64,000 nucleotides of DNA, taken from a virus. The notes under the pieces were generated by a model. It saw nothing but the letters and a program-made list of their open reading frames with translations. It did not search any database and had not been told where the DNA came from. A program made the translations under genes and the position numbers. The stretch is from the IMG/VR virus record IMGVR_UViG_3300025889_018307, positions 20,311 to 84,310 of that record; one strand, written 5' to 3'. This document shows, piece by piece, positions 1-10,211 of this stretch (position 1 is its first letter; each line of letters starts with the position of its first letter).

Positions 1-585
1 GGACAAAGAGAGTGTTTTATCCCTCGTAATGACAATTTCATTGAGTTTGACATTGGCGCTTATCATCCTACTTTGTTGGCTAAGTTGGTGGGTTATGATT
101 TTGGTGATAAAGACGTTCATATGGCCTTTGCGGAAATGTATGGAGTGGATTATAAAAAAGCAAAAGAATTAACATTTAAGCAACTGTATGGAGGAGTGTT
201 TGATCAATACAAGGACTTAGAATTTTTTCAAAAAGTACAAGTATATACTGATAATTTGTGGCAAGAATTTGAGGAAAAGGGCTGGATTGAATGTCCTATT
301 TCAAAACATCGATTTGAAAAAGATAAGCTTGGTGAAATGAAACCGCAAAAATTATTGAATTATTTACTGCAAAATTTGGAGACGTCAATGAATGTTCATA
401 TATTGTGGGAAATAATAAGGTTATTAAGAAATAAAAAAACAAAGATAGTTTTATATACTTATGATTCGTTTTTATTTGATGTTGATAAAGAAGAAGAAGA
501 TGTGTTGGGTGAGATAAAGAAACTATTTAATAAATACAAATTACAAATAAAAACATGCTATGGAAGCAACTACAATTTTAAATAA
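1..585 (+). CDS. Divergent family A DNA polymerase, C-terminal part (5' truncated by window edge)
   Basis: Frame +1 is open from base 1. It shows motif A-like FIEFDIGAYHPTLL, motif B-like KAKELTFKQLYGG and motif C-like LYTYDSFLFD. Confidence 0.75.
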   Translation, partial: GQRECFIPRNDNFIEFDIGAYHPTLLAKLVGYDFGDKDVHMAFAEMYGVDYKKAKELTFKQLYGGVFDQYKDLEFFQKVQVYTDNLWQEFEEKGWIECPISKHRFEKDKLGEMKPQKLLNYLLQNLETSMNVHILWEIIRLLRNKKTKIVLYTYDSFLFDVDKEEEDVLGEIKKLFNKYKLQIKTCYGSNYNFK

Positions 586-604
586 AACTCCTAATATGTA
601 TACT

Positions 605-1033
605 ATGGACGATTTTTCGGACATTACTAATCAAAACCTAGGAGATTTGAATAACAAGTTATTTTGTACATTTACAACCTTAGAGAATTTAGATTTACTT
701 CTAAAATCTATTACAGACAAATACAATATAATGTATAACAAAATATTTGTTTTGTATGTAAAGGAAAATGACGAGTATGTTTGCACATATAACATAGATC
801 AAGGTAATATCTCTGACTTACCAGAAAATACAATTTTAGTTCATAGGAAAAAAGAAACAAACACATTGTATACTATCAATGCTTTAAATGAACTTATCAA
901 AAAATTAAACGGAGGAGTAGTAGACACTAAGTTTCCTATAACTTGGGAACACTACAAAAACTCCGTATTATTAACTCAACATGATGAGTTAAAACAATTA
1001 AAAACAAAAATACATAAAATAATTGAACTATAG
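605..1033 (+). CDS. Phage hypothetical protein (start likely 596 or 605 rather than 560)
   Basis: ORF between polA and SSB; ATATGTATA motif just upstream; no recognisable catalytic motif. Confidence 0.6.
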   Translation: MDDFSDITNQNLGDLNNKLFCTFTTLENLDLLLKSITDKYNIMYNKIFVLYVKENDEYVCTYNIDQGNISDLPENTILVHRKKETNTLYTINALNELIKKLNGGVVDTKFPITWEHYKNSVLLTQHDELKQLKTKIHKIIEL

Positions 1034-1065
1034 TTTGGTTACCCTAAGTATTTGTTGTATATTAC
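1034..1065 (+). promoter_or_regulatory. Bacteroidota sigma70-type promoter (TTTG-N20-TATATTAC)
   Basis: TTTG 1034-1037, 20-nt spacer, TATATTAC 1058-1065, in the gap before the SSB gene. Confidence 0.65.
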
Positions 1066-1098
1066 TCACAGTTATAAAATAAATTAAAAGTTATTATT

Positions 1099-1923
1099 AT
1101 GGATTTAAATCAAATCAAATCGAAGTTAGAGTCACTTCAATCACAAACAAACTCAAATAAAGGAACAGGAAAATCATTATTTTGGAAACCTTCTGTAGGA
1201 AAACAACAAGTTAGAGTTGTTCCTAATAAGTACAATAAGTCATTCCCTTTTACTGAAATGATGTTTTATTATGGTATTGGTCAGAGAGTAATGGCTTCTC
1301 CCTTGAATTGGGGTGAAAAAGATCCAATTCAAGAATTTACAAAACAATTACGTGCTAGTGGAGATAAAGAAAATTGGTATTTAGCTAAAAAATTAGATGC
1401 TAAAACTCGTATTTTTGCACCTGTAATTGTAAGAGGTGAAGAAGAAGAAGGTGTTAAATTATGGCAATTTGGTAAAGAAGTTTATCAAGCATTCTTAAAT
1501 TTAGCAGCTGATGATGAAATTGGAGATTATACTGATGTATCAGGAGGAAGAGATATTAAATTAACAACTGTAGGTCCTGAAGTAACAGGAACTCCTTACA
1601 ATAAAACTACAATATCTCCATCAATGAAGCAATCACCTATTAGTGATAATGCTACTATAGTTGAAAGAGCTTTAGATACTCAACCTAACCCAAAAGAAGT
1701 ATTTAAAAGACTTACTTTTGATGAAGTTAAAGCTAATTTAGAAACATTTTTAAAACCTGAAGGTGGAGAAGAAGATGATATTATCTCTGAACCAGCAGTA
1801 GCTTTTGATGGTGAATCTAATAATTATTCACTTGAAGGTAAAGATACAACATCTAAAGAAGATAAATTTGATGCTTTATTTGATGATAAAAAGCCTGCTA
1901 TTGATGATGATTTACCATTCTAA
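1099..1923 (+). CDS. Single-stranded DNA-binding protein, T4 gp32-like
   Basis: FWKP...VRVVP, DPI, GVKLWQFGK, IGDYTD..GRDI motifs; acidic tail ending DDDLPF; next to the recombinase. Confidence 0.85.
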   Translation: MDLNQIKSKLESLQSQTNSNKGTGKSLFWKPSVGKQQVRVVPNKYNKSFPFTEMMFYYGIGQRVMASPLNWGEKDPIQEFTKQLRASGDKENWYLAKKLDAKTRIFAPVIVRGEEEEGVKLWQFGKEVYQAFLNLAADDEIGDYTDVSGGRDIKLTTVGPEVTGTPYNKTTISPSMKQSPISDNATIVERALDTQPNPKEVFKRLTFDEVKANLETFLKPEGGEEDDIISEPAVAFDGESNNYSLEGKDTTSKEDKFDALFDDKKPAIDDDLPF

Positions 1924-1926
1924 AAT

Positions 1927-3000
1927 ATGGCTAGAAAAAAATCACTTACAGAAGCTGCCTCTAAGGAACTTAGATCAAAATTTGATCTAGGTGCCTTTAA
2001 GGATAAAAAAGGTTTAAGACAAAATGTTAAGTTTAAAGACCAGGAATGGATCCCTTTATCTTCAGCATTTCAAGATGTTACTTCAATCCCTGGTATTCCT
2101 ATGGGACATATTGTACTTCTTAGAGGTCATTCAGACACAGGTAAAACTACTGCATTATTAGAAGCAGCAGTATCCGCACAAAAAAGAAATATTCTACCTG
2201 TTTTTATTATTACAGAAATGAAATGGTCTTGGGATCATGCTAAAATGATGGGGATGGATGTTAATGAAGTAGTTGATAAAACTACAGGTGAAATTACTAA
2301 CTATGAAGGTAATTTTATTTATGTAGATAGAGAAACTATTAATTCTATTGAAGATGTAGCAGGATTTATTTTAGATTTAATGGATGAACAGAAAAAAGGT
2401 AATTTACCCTATGATTTACTTTTCTTGTGGGATTCTATAGGATCAGTACCTTGTGAAATGTCTATTAAATCAAATAAAAATAATAATGAGTGGAATGCAG
2501 GTGCTATGTCAACTCAGTTTGGTAATAGTGTAAATCAACGTATTACATTGTCACGTAAAGAATCATCTCCATATACTAATACACTTGTATGTATTAATAA
2601 AGTTTGGACGTTAAAAGCAGAATCCCCAATGGGTCAACCTAAATTAATGAATAAAGGAGGATATGCAATGTGGTTTGATTCTACATTTGTAGTTACCTTT
2701 GGTAACGTAATGTCTGCTGGTACCTCTAAAATAAAAGCTATTAAAGATGGTAAACAAGTTGAATTTGCTAAAAGAGTAAATATTCAAATTGATAAAAACC
2801 ATATTAATGGCGTTACTACAAGAGGTAAAATTGTTATGACTCCCCATGGATTTATTAATGATAATGACAGAGAATTAAAAGATTATAAAGATGCTAGAAA
2901 AGATGATTGGGCTGCTATATTAGGTGGTGGTGATTTCAGAGTAGTAGAAGAAGATCAATCCTACACTGATATAACATCTTTTGGAGAAGAACCACAATAA
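1927..3000 (+). CDS. uvsX: RecA/UvsX-like recombinase
   Basis: Walker A GHSDTGKTT, Walker B LFLWDSIGS, KGG motif and IDKNH. Confidence 0.85.
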   Translation: MARKKSLTEAASKELRSKFDLGAFKDKKGLRQNVKFKDQEWIPLSSAFQDVTSIPGIPMGHIVLLRGHSDTGKTTALLEAAVSAQKRNILPVFIITEMKWSWDHAKMMGMDVNEVVDKTTGEITNYEGNFIYVDRETINSIEDVAGFILDLMDEQKKGNLPYDLLFLWDSIGSVPCEMSIKSNKNNNEWNAGAMSTQFGNSVNQRITLSRKESSPYTNTLVCINKVWTLKAESPMGQPKLMNKGGYAMWFDSTFVVTFGNVMSAGTSKIKAIKDGKQVEFAKRVNIQIDKNHINGVTTRGKIVMTPHGFINDNDRELKDYKDARKDDWAAILGGGDFRVVEEDQSYTDITSFGEEPQ

Positions 3001-3002
3001 AT

Positions 3003-3036
3003 TTTGATACCCGGAATATCTTTCGTATATTCCGGG
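3003..3036 (+). promoter_or_regulatory. Promoter (TTTG-N19-TATATT) embedded in a perfect 10-bp inverted repeat
   Basis: CCCGGAATAT (3010-3019), loop CTTTCGT, ATATTCCGGG (3027-3036). Confidence 0.7.
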
Positions 3037-3052
3037 AATAAAATCACACCAT

Positions 3053-4084
3053 ATGAAACAAAAAGAACTATTTAGTCTTCTGGACAGTATCCAGGAGCAA
3101 GGCCCAGAGACTGAAACTCATGAAAGAATATTATTTATAGATGGTTTAAATTTATTCTTTAGAAATTTTGCTGTATTAAATATGGTAAACCCTTTAGGTA
3201 TTCATATTGGGGGTTTAGGTGGATTCTTTCGTTCTTTAGGAGCTATGATTAGACAAATAAATCCTACTCAAGTTTATGTAGTATTTGATGGTGCTGGTTC
3301 TGCTAATAATAGAAAAAATATAATGCCCGAGTATAAATCAGGTAGAGATCTTCAACGTATTACTAATTGGGATGCATTTGATGATAAAGATGATGAGGAT
3401 GATGCTAAGGTAGACCAAATGGTTAGAATCATTCAATATTTAAAGACATTACCTGTTAAAACTGTAAGTATTGATAAAGTAGAAGCTGATGATATTATAG
3501 CATATTTAAGTAAAACAATTCCCCAACATCCTAAAGATAAAGCATTTATTGTATCTTCAGATAAAGACTTTTTACAATTAGTTAGTGATAATATTATTGT
3601 TTACCGTCCTATGGAAAAGGAATATTACACAGCTCAAACTGTAATTGATAAATATAAAATATCTCCTCATAATTTTATTTTACACAAAACATTATTAGGT
3701 GATAATTCTGATAAAATTAAGGGTGTTAAAGGATTAGGTGAAAAAGGTTTATTAAAAAAATTCCCTGAATTAGTAGAAAAAGATATGAATTGGGATGATA
3801 TATTAAATATTTGTGAAAATAAAATATCTGACCATGTTGTATATGCTAGAATAATTCATGGTCAGGATGATTTAGAAAAAAATTATAAAATAATGGATTT
3901 AAGTAATCCTATGCTTAGTAAAGAAGACAAAGAATGGTTAGATAAGGTAGTAGAATCAAACGACCTTTCGTATTATCCAGATCAATTCGTAGCAATGTAT
4001 AATGAAGACCAAATGGGTGGTTTAATTAGAAATGTTGAGTTTTGGGTTAAAGATTGTTTTCAAAATTTAGTTGTAAAAAAATAG
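3053..4084 (+). CDS. 5'-3' exonuclease / flap endonuclease (T4 RNase H-like)
   Basis: IDGLNLFFR, VFDG, YKSGR, EADDIIA, SSDKDFLQL and H3TH motif GDNSDKIKGVKGLGEK. Confidence 0.92.
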   Translation: MKQKELFSLLDSIQEQGPETETHERILFIDGLNLFFRNFAVLNMVNPLGIHIGGLGGFFRSLGAMIRQINPTQVYVVFDGAGSANNRKNIMPEYKSGRDLQRITNWDAFDDKDDEDDAKVDQMVRIIQYLKTLPVKTVSIDKVEADDIIAYLSKTIPQHPKDKAFIVSSDKDFLQLVSDNIIVYRPMEKEYYTAQTVIDKYKISPHNFILHKTLLGDNSDKIKGVKGLGEKGLLKKFPELVEKDMNWDDILNICENKISDHVVYARIIHGQDDLEKNYKIMDLSNPMLSKEDKEWLDKVVESNDLSYYPDQFVAMYNEDQMGGLIRNVEFWVKDCFQNLVVKK

Positions 4085-4088
4085 TTAT

Positions 4089-5462
4089 ATGACATTAACA
4101 AATTTAAATTCATATGGAACTAGCTTCCAGATTAAGGTAATTTCTTCTTTATTAACACATAAAGAATTTTTAGTAAACATTAACGATATGTTAGTTGAAG
4201 ATTACTTTGATAACCAAGCTCATAAATGGATTATTAAAGAAATACTAAGGTATTATGATAAATATCATACTACACCTTCAATGGAAACATTAGCTGTTGA
4301 ATTACAAAAATGTGGAAATGAAGTTTTACAAATATCTATAAAAGAACAACTTAAGGAAGCTTATAAAAGTTCAAGTGATGATTTAAAATATGTACAAGAA
4401 GAATTTGCTGCCTTTTGTAAAAATCAACAATTAAAAGGAGCTTTATTACAAAGTGTTGATTTATTAAAAGGTGGGGATTATGAATCTATTAGATCATTAA
4501 TTAATAATGCTATTAAAGCTGGACAAGATAAAAATATAGGACATGAATATGCTAAAGACGTTGAATCAAGATATAGAGAAGATAGTAGAACGACAATTAA
4601 AACCCCTTGGGATAAAATTAATCAATTACTTCAGGGAGGCCTCGGAAATGGAGATTTTGGCCTTATATTTGGTAATCCAGGGGGTGGTAAATCTTGGTCG
4701 TTAGTTGCATTAGGAGGACATGCGGTTAAATTAGGATATAATGTTTTACATTATACTTTAGAATTAGGAGAACAATATGTAGGAAGAAGATATGATGCTT
4801 TCTTTTCTAGGATAGGTGTAGATAAAATCCAAAAACATAAAGATAAAATTGAAACCTTAATGAGTGATATAAAAGGAAATTTAATAATAAAAGAATTTCC
4901 TACAGGTAAAGCAACAATTTCTACTATAGAAGCGCATATTCAAAAAGTAAAAGATATGGGAATTGAACCTGATTTAATTATAATTGATTATGTTGATCTT
5001 CTTTCATCAAAAAGAAGGACTGTCGATCGTAAAGGTGAAATTGATGATATTTATACTAGTACAAAAGGATTAGCTCGTGAGTTAGATATCCCAGTTTGGA
5101 GTGTTTCTCAAGTAAATAGAGCTGGTGCTAAAGATAATATTGTAGAGGGAGATAAAGCAGCTGGATCATATGATAAAATTATGATAACAGATGTTTGTAT
5201 TTCTCTTTCTAGACAACGTAAAGATAAAGTAGAAGGAACGGGAAGATTCCATATTATGAAAAATCGATATGGGATGGATGGATTAACATTTGGAGTTAAA
5301 GCAGATACATCTACAGGACATTTTGAAGTATCTAATGATCTTTATAATGAAGAAGAAGATAGTACTGATAATACTCCAATCCCACAAACCAATAGTTTTA
5401 GTGGAATAGATAAATTTGATAGATCTGAGTTGCAAAAGAAATTTTTTGAATTAAATTCGTAA
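4089..5462 (+). CDS. dnaB: DnaB-like replicative helicase
   Basis: GNPGGGKS Walker A, YTLEL, IIIDYVDLL, SQVNR, KNRYG. Confidence 0.92.
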   Translation: MTLTNLNSYGTSFQIKVISSLLTHKEFLVNINDMLVEDYFDNQAHKWIIKEILRYYDKYHTTPSMETLAVELQKCGNEVLQISIKEQLKEAYKSSSDDLKYVQEEFAAFCKNQQLKGALLQSVDLLKGGDYESIRSLINNAIKAGQDKNIGHEYAKDVESRYREDSRTTIKTPWDKINQLLQGGLGNGDFGLIFGNPGGGKSWSLVALGGHAVKLGYNVLHYTLELGEQYVGRRYDAFFSRIGVDKIQKHKDKIETLMSDIKGNLIIKEFPTGKATISTIEAHIQKVKDMGIEPDLIIIDYVDLLSSKRRTVDRKGEIDDIYTSTKGLARELDIPVWSVSQVNRAGAKDNIVEGDKAAGSYDKIMITDVCISLSRQRKDKVEGTGRFHIMKNRYGMDGLTFGVKADTSTGHFEVSNDLYNEEEDSTDNTPIPQTNSFSGIDKFDRSELQKKFFELNS

Positions 5463-5480
5463 CTTAATAAATAAAATAAA

Positions 5481-6467
5481 ATGGCAAGAAAAGACATAAC
5501 AAAAGAAAGAATAGTATATAAACCCTTTGAATATCCAACAGCATTTGATTATTGGTTAAAACAACAACAAGCACATTGGATTCATACAGAAGTTCCAATG
5601 ATGAGTGATATTAATGATTGGAAGCAAAATTTAACAGAAACCGAAAAAAATATTATAGGTTCGATTTTAAAGGGATTTGCCCAAACTGAAACAGTAGTTA
5701 ATGATTATTGGACTGGATTAGTTACAAAATGGTTTAGAAAACCAGAAATTATTGCTATGGCAACTGTATTTGGTGCTATGGAAACTATTCATGCTGAAGC
5801 TTATAGTCTATTAAATGAAGAATTAGGTTTAGATGATTTTTCTGAGTTTTTAGAAGATGAAACCACAATGGCTAAAATTGAAACATTAATGAATGTTAGA
5901 GATTCATTTAATGGTGAGGTAGATTGGCATGAAAGAGCTAAATCACTAGCTATATTCTCAGCATTTACAGAGGGAGTAAATTTATTTTCATCTTTTGCTG
6001 TCTTATTATCATTTAAATTAAGAAATAAATTAAAAGGTGTGGGTCAAATTGTTGAATGGTCAATTAGAGATGAGTCAATGCATTCAGATGCTGGGTGTTG
6101 GTTATTTAGAACATTATTAGAAGAAAAACCAGAATTAAAAACACCAGAATTAGAAGCAGCAATTAATGAAGCAGCTTTACTTTCATTACAATTAGAGTTA
6201 GATTTTATTGAAAAAGTATATGAGATGGGTGATTTAGAAGGTTGTAGTAAAGATGATTTAATTTCATTTATTAAACATAGAGTAAATACTAAAATGGGTG
6301 ATTTAGGTTATAGACCTATTGTAAATGGTATTGATGTTAAAGCAGTAGAAAGAATGAAATGGTTTGATCATCTATCAGCTGGAAAACAACATACAGATTT
6401 CTTTGCAAATAGAGTAACAAATTATAGTAAAGGAGTACAAGATTGGGATGCGTCCGCAATATTTTAA
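5481..6467 (+). CDS. nrdB: Class I ribonucleotide reductase beta subunit
   Basis: YKPFEYP, ETIHAEAY, EGVNLFSSF, RDESMH, DFFANRVTNY. Confidence 0.95.
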   Translation: MARKDITKERIVYKPFEYPTAFDYWLKQQQAHWIHTEVPMMSDINDWKQNLTETEKNIIGSILKGFAQTETVVNDYWTGLVTKWFRKPEIIAMATVFGAMETIHAEAYSLLNEELGLDDFSEFLEDETTMAKIETLMNVRDSFNGEVDWHERAKSLAIFSAFTEGVNLFSSFAVLLSFKLRNKLKGVGQIVEWSIRDESMHSDAGCWLFRTLLEEKPELKTPELEAAINEAALLSLQLELDFIEKVYEMGDLEGCSKDDLISFIKHRVNTKMGDLGYRPIVNGIDVKAVERMKWFDHLSAGKQHTDFFANRVTNYSKGVQDWDASAIF

Positions 6468-6478
6468 AAATATAAAAA

Positions 6479-8191
6479 ATGGATAATAATAGTTTAGTAG
6501 CAGATTACTCCCAATGGGAGAAGGGTAAAGATTACCCTGAATTTATGGATGAAGTAGCTTTATCAACAATTAGCAAAGGATATTTACTACCAGGAGAAAC
6601 ACCTAAAAAAGCATATAGAAGAGTTGCTCACGCAGTAGCAATTAGGTTAAATCGCCCTGATTTAGAATCAAAATTCTTTAAATATATTTGGAATGGTTGG
6701 ATTGGTTTAGCATCTCCTGTACTTTCAAATACAGGTACAGATAGAGGTTTACCTATTTCTTGCTTTGGTGTTGATACACCTGATTCAATTAGAGGAATTG
6801 GTTTAACTAATGCTGAACTAATGAAATTAACAGCAGCAGGAGGTGGTGTTGGTGTTTCTGTTTCTAGAATTAGACCTAGAGGAGCTGAAATTAGGGGTAA
6901 TGGTAAATCAGAAGGTGTAGTACCTTGGTGTAAGATTTATGATTCTGCTATTATTGCTACTAATCAAGGTAATGTAAGAAGAGGAGCAGCTTCTGTTAAT
7001 TTAAAAGTATCTCATCCTGATATTGAAGAGTATTTACAAATTAGAAGACCTAAAGGTGATCCTAATAGACAATGTTTAAATTTACATCAATGTGTTGTTG
7101 TTGATGATTCATTTATGAGAAAATTAAATGATAGAGATGAAACAGCAATGAAAATATGGTTAGAAATTCTAAAATCAAGAATGGAAACAGGAGAACCATA
7201 TATTATGTTTGAAGACAATGTAAATAAAGACAATCCTTTAGCTTATATGATGAATAATCTTAATGTTTCAATGACAAACATTTGCACAGAAATAACACTC
7301 TATACAGATGAGGAGCACTCATTTATATGCTGTTTATCTTCGTTAAATCTTGCAAAATATGATGAATGGAAGGACACAGATGTTATTGAAATTGCTACAT
7401 ACTTTTTAGATGGTGTTATGCAAGAATTTATTGATAAAACTAATGGAAAAGAAGCAATGAAGCGTACCCATAAACATGCTAAAAAAGGTAGAGCATTAGG
7501 TTTAGGAATAATGGGTTGGCATACTTTCTTACAAAAGAAAAATCTACCTTTTAATTGTATAGCTTCTACAGCTTGGACTCACACAATAATGTCTAAAATT
7601 AGAAGTGAAGCAGAAGCAGCATCAAGAAAATTAGCTCAAGAATATGGTGAACCTTTATGGTGTAAAGGAACAGGAATGAGAAATACTCATGTTTTAGCTA
7701 TAGCCCCTACAGTTTCAAATTCAAGAATAGGAGGATGCTCGGCTGGAATTGAACCACAACCAGCAAATGTTTATACTTTTAATGGTGCTAAAGGTACTTT
7801 TATTGTTAAAAATCCAGAACTAGAAAAATTACTAACAGAAAAAGGTAAAAATACAAGTAAAGTTTGGGATCAAATTTTAGCAGATGAAGGTTCAGTACAA
7901 AATTTACCTGCTGATATTTTAACTGAAGATGAAAAAGAAGTATTTTTAACATTTGCGGAAACAAACCAATTAGCATTAGTCCAACAAGCAGCAATTAGAC
8001 AAAAATACATTGATCAAACCCAATCACTTAATTTAGCATTTTCTCCAACAGATTCCCCAAAATGGATTAATCAAGTTCATATGGAAGCCTGGAAATTAGG
8101 TGTAAAAACATTATATTATTTAAGAACTGATTCAGTAATTAAAGGAGATTTAGGATCTCGTATGGCTGATTGTGTTTCTTGCGACGGTTAG
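6479..8191 (+). CDS. nrdA: Class I ribonucleotide reductase alpha subunit (short, no ATP cone)
   Basis: PISCF, TNICTEI, APTVS, KTLYYLR and C-terminal CVSCDG. Confidence 0.95.
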   Translation: MDNNSLVADYSQWEKGKDYPEFMDEVALSTISKGYLLPGETPKKAYRRVAHAVAIRLNRPDLESKFFKYIWNGWIGLASPVLSNTGTDRGLPISCFGVDTPDSIRGIGLTNAELMKLTAAGGGVGVSVSRIRPRGAEIRGNGKSEGVVPWCKIYDSAIIATNQGNVRRGAASVNLKVSHPDIEEYLQIRRPKGDPNRQCLNLHQCVVVDDSFMRKLNDRDETAMKIWLEILKSRMETGEPYIMFEDNVNKDNPLAYMMNNLNVSMTNICTEITLYTDEEHSFICCLSSLNLAKYDEWKDTDVIEIATYFLDGVMQEFIDKTNGKEAMKRTHKHAKKGRALGLGIMGWHTFLQKKNLPFNCIASTAWTHTIMSKIRSEAEAASRKLAQEYGEPLWCKGTGMRNTHVLAIAPTVSNSRIGGCSAGIEPQPANVYTFNGAKGTFIVKNPELEKLLTEKGKNTSKVWDQILADEGSVQNLPADILTEDEKEVFLTFAETNQLALVQQAAIRQKYIDQTQSLNLAFSPTDSPKWINQVHMEAWKLGVKTLYYLRTDSVIKGDLGSRMADCVSCDG

Positions 8192-8210
8192 TATACTAGT
8201 AGTTATTCCC

Positions 8211-8222
8211 CATATATTTATA
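8211..8222 (+). promoter_or_regulatory. Putative phage late-type promoter (ATATTTATA motif)
   Basis: CATATATTTATA 13 nt upstream of the ATG at 8236; the same motif class recurs in other gaps. Confidence 0.45.
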
Positions 8223-8235
8223 GTAAAACACTTAT

Positions 8236-8511
8236 ATGGAAAAGTTAACACAATTTTGGAATTGGCTTTTGAATAAGACAACTCTAGACGAGAAAGCTGT
8301 TGAAGTTTATGATGAAGTAAAAGATAGGGCTAAAGAAATGGCTGATGAATTTAAAGATGTAAAAAAAGCTTTAAAAAATGTAGCTACTCAATCTAAAGAT
8401 GTTGTTAATGCTTCTAAAGGTAAAAAACGAAGAGGTAGACCTAAAAAAAACAATACTACTACCTCAGAATGGGAAGCAAATAAGGGTAGACCTGCACCTA
8501 AAAAGAAATAA
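8236..8511 (+). CDS. Hypothetical protein with basic C-terminus (KKRRGRPKK, AT-hook-like)
   Basis: ORF; coiled segment followed by a Lys/Arg-rich tail with GRP motifs. Confidence 0.6.
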   Translation: MEKLTQFWNWLLNKTTLDEKAVEVYDEVKDRAKEMADEFKDVKKALKNVATQSKDVVNASKGKKRRGRPKKNNTTTSEWEANKGRPAPKKK

Positions 8512-9599
8512 TGATGAGAAACATATTACTATTACTTTTTCTACTTTTTTCTTTAAATTCTTATTCTCAAAATGAATTAAAGAAAATATTTAAATTTTCT
8601 ACATTCTATGCAGCAGTAAACGGAGGAACTTCTCTTTCTAATGTTGATGTTTATTCAGTTACAGATGGTTTAACAACAACTACAATTGAAACCCCATTTG
8701 ATTATACATTAGCATTAGGAGTTAGAAAAATAGCTAGAATGGGTTATGAACCTAAAGAAGCATTTAAAAAGGGTCAAGAAAACTCATTTTCAGATGCTGC
8801 TACTATTGGTAAAGTTAAAGGATTTGAATTTTTATTTGAGGTTGATTATAAAAGACAAGAAGGAATTGAATATTTAGATCAACATCATTTTTTAAGATAT
8901 GTATCTGAATGTGGAAATGATAAATGTACTAAACCCATATGTATTAAAAATTTTACTGCTAAAATTGAATATTTACAAGATGGGTTTGCTGACATAGAAT
9001 ATTTTGAAGCATCAGAGCGTTATAGATACAAATATAATAATAAATTATCATTTAATCTTGGTGCAGTTCAACGTTTATCTGAACCTTATGGTTATGATCC
9101 ATTAGAAGAGTGGAAATTATCAAATGGTAATTTGCACTACACATATCTAGCATTAGAAGAAGGTTATAATGTTAATTTTATTTCACATGATATTATTCAA
9201 TATCTAGACCCACAAGGAAATATAGTAGCAGAAAATAATGAAGTTTGGGAAGCAGTAGTTATCCCACAAATATTAGCTGACTATACTGAGAAAAAAAGAG
9301 ACCAACAAAACAACACTATACAACATTCATTAGTTATTGGATTTGATTATTATCATTATACTAAAACATTTTGGTTACACTCATGGGGTAATTTAATGCC
9401 GTGGCATTATGATGGTGGTAGTGAATTTTCATATCATAACTTTAATGATGGTGAACAGTGGTATGATTATTCAGGTGGTTTAATATTTGGATACAAATAC
9501 AATAAAAATTTAGGGGTATTTATAGAAGGAAAATACAATAAATACTGGAATAGAGAGTGGCATGACTTTTCTGTAGGGATGAATTATATAATATTTTAA
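8511..9599 (+). CDS. Putative outer-membrane beta-barrel protein
   Basis: Bacteroidota-type signal peptide (..SLNSYS|Q), aromatic-rich alternating strands, C-terminal beta-signal SVGMNYIIF. Confidence 0.7.
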   Translation: MMRNILLLLFLLFSLNSYSQNELKKIFKFSTFYAAVNGGTSLSNVDVYSVTDGLTTTTIETPFDYTLALGVRKIARMGYEPKEAFKKGQENSFSDAATIGKVKGFEFLFEVDYKRQEGIEYLDQHHFLRYVSECGNDKCTKPICIKNFTAKIEYLQDGFADIEYFEASERYRYKYNNKLSFNLGAVQRLSEPYGYDPLEEWKLSNGNLHYTYLALEEGYNVNFISHDIIQYLDPQGNIVAENNEVWEAVVIPQILADYTEKKRDQQNNTIQHSLVIGFDYYHYTKTFWLHSWGNLMPWHYDGGSEFSYHNFNDGEQWYDYSGGLIFGYKYNKNLGVFIEGKYNKYWNREWHDFSVGMNYIIF

Positions 9600-9602
9600 A
9601 AA

Positions 9603-9884
9603 ATGGCAAAAGAATTAAGTGAAAACACAAGTTTTAATGTTAGTATACAAACTCTAGTAGGTATAGGATTTGCCATTACTACAGTAGTAGGTATGTGGTT
9701 TGCATTACAAGCAGATATACAAGAAGCAAAAGAATTACCTGTACCCCCACCTCCAGCTATTACTAGAATGGAATTTGATATGAAAGACCAATTAGTAAGA
9801 CAAACCATTATGGATACTCAAAAAGATGTAGAAGAAATTAAAGAAACTTTAGAAAAAATAGAGGATAAATTATACGGTAGATAA
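9603..9884 (+). CDS. Small single-TM coiled-coil membrane protein
   Basis: TM segment LVGIGFAITTVVGMWFAL, Pro linker, coiled C-terminus. Confidence 0.65.
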   Translation: MAKELSENTSFNVSIQTLVGIGFAITTVVGMWFALQADIQEAKELPVPPPPAITRMEFDMKDQLVRQTIMDTQKDVEEIKETLEKIEDKLYGR

Positions 9885-9888
9885 TTAT

Positions 9889-10194
9889 ATGAAATTTTTT
9901 AATAAAAATATTTGCTTAACATCACCTACAACTATAATGATTATAGTTGCTTTATTATTCAGTACAATAGTACTTGCTAATGTTTGGTCAAAAGAAGAAA
10001 TTAAAATGATAGAAGTTAAAAGTAGTAATGAAGAGGAAATGTGGGTTCCTACTAAAGAAGATATAGCATATCAAGATAGTATGTATGTTATAATTAAAAA
10101 TACTCAAAATGATATAACAGACATTAAAAAAGATATAGTATATATTTTAGAAAGGTTAGATTACGAAGATGGTTCAAGGTGGGAAAATCGATAA
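9889..10194 (+). CDS. Small membrane/secreted hypothetical protein
   Basis: Hydrophobic N-terminal segment followed by a coiled region. Confidence 0.55.
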   Translation: MKFFNKNICLTSPTTIMIIVALLFSTIVLANVWSKEEIKMIEVKSSNEEEMWVPTKEDIAYQDSMYVIIKNTQNDITDIKKDIVYILERLDYEDGSRWENR

Positions 10195-10211
10195 ACGTAG
10201 AAACCAATAAT

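Noticed and set aside
1805-1990. 61-aa + strand ORF overlapping SSB and recA
   Set aside because: Out-of-frame overlap with two strong genes.
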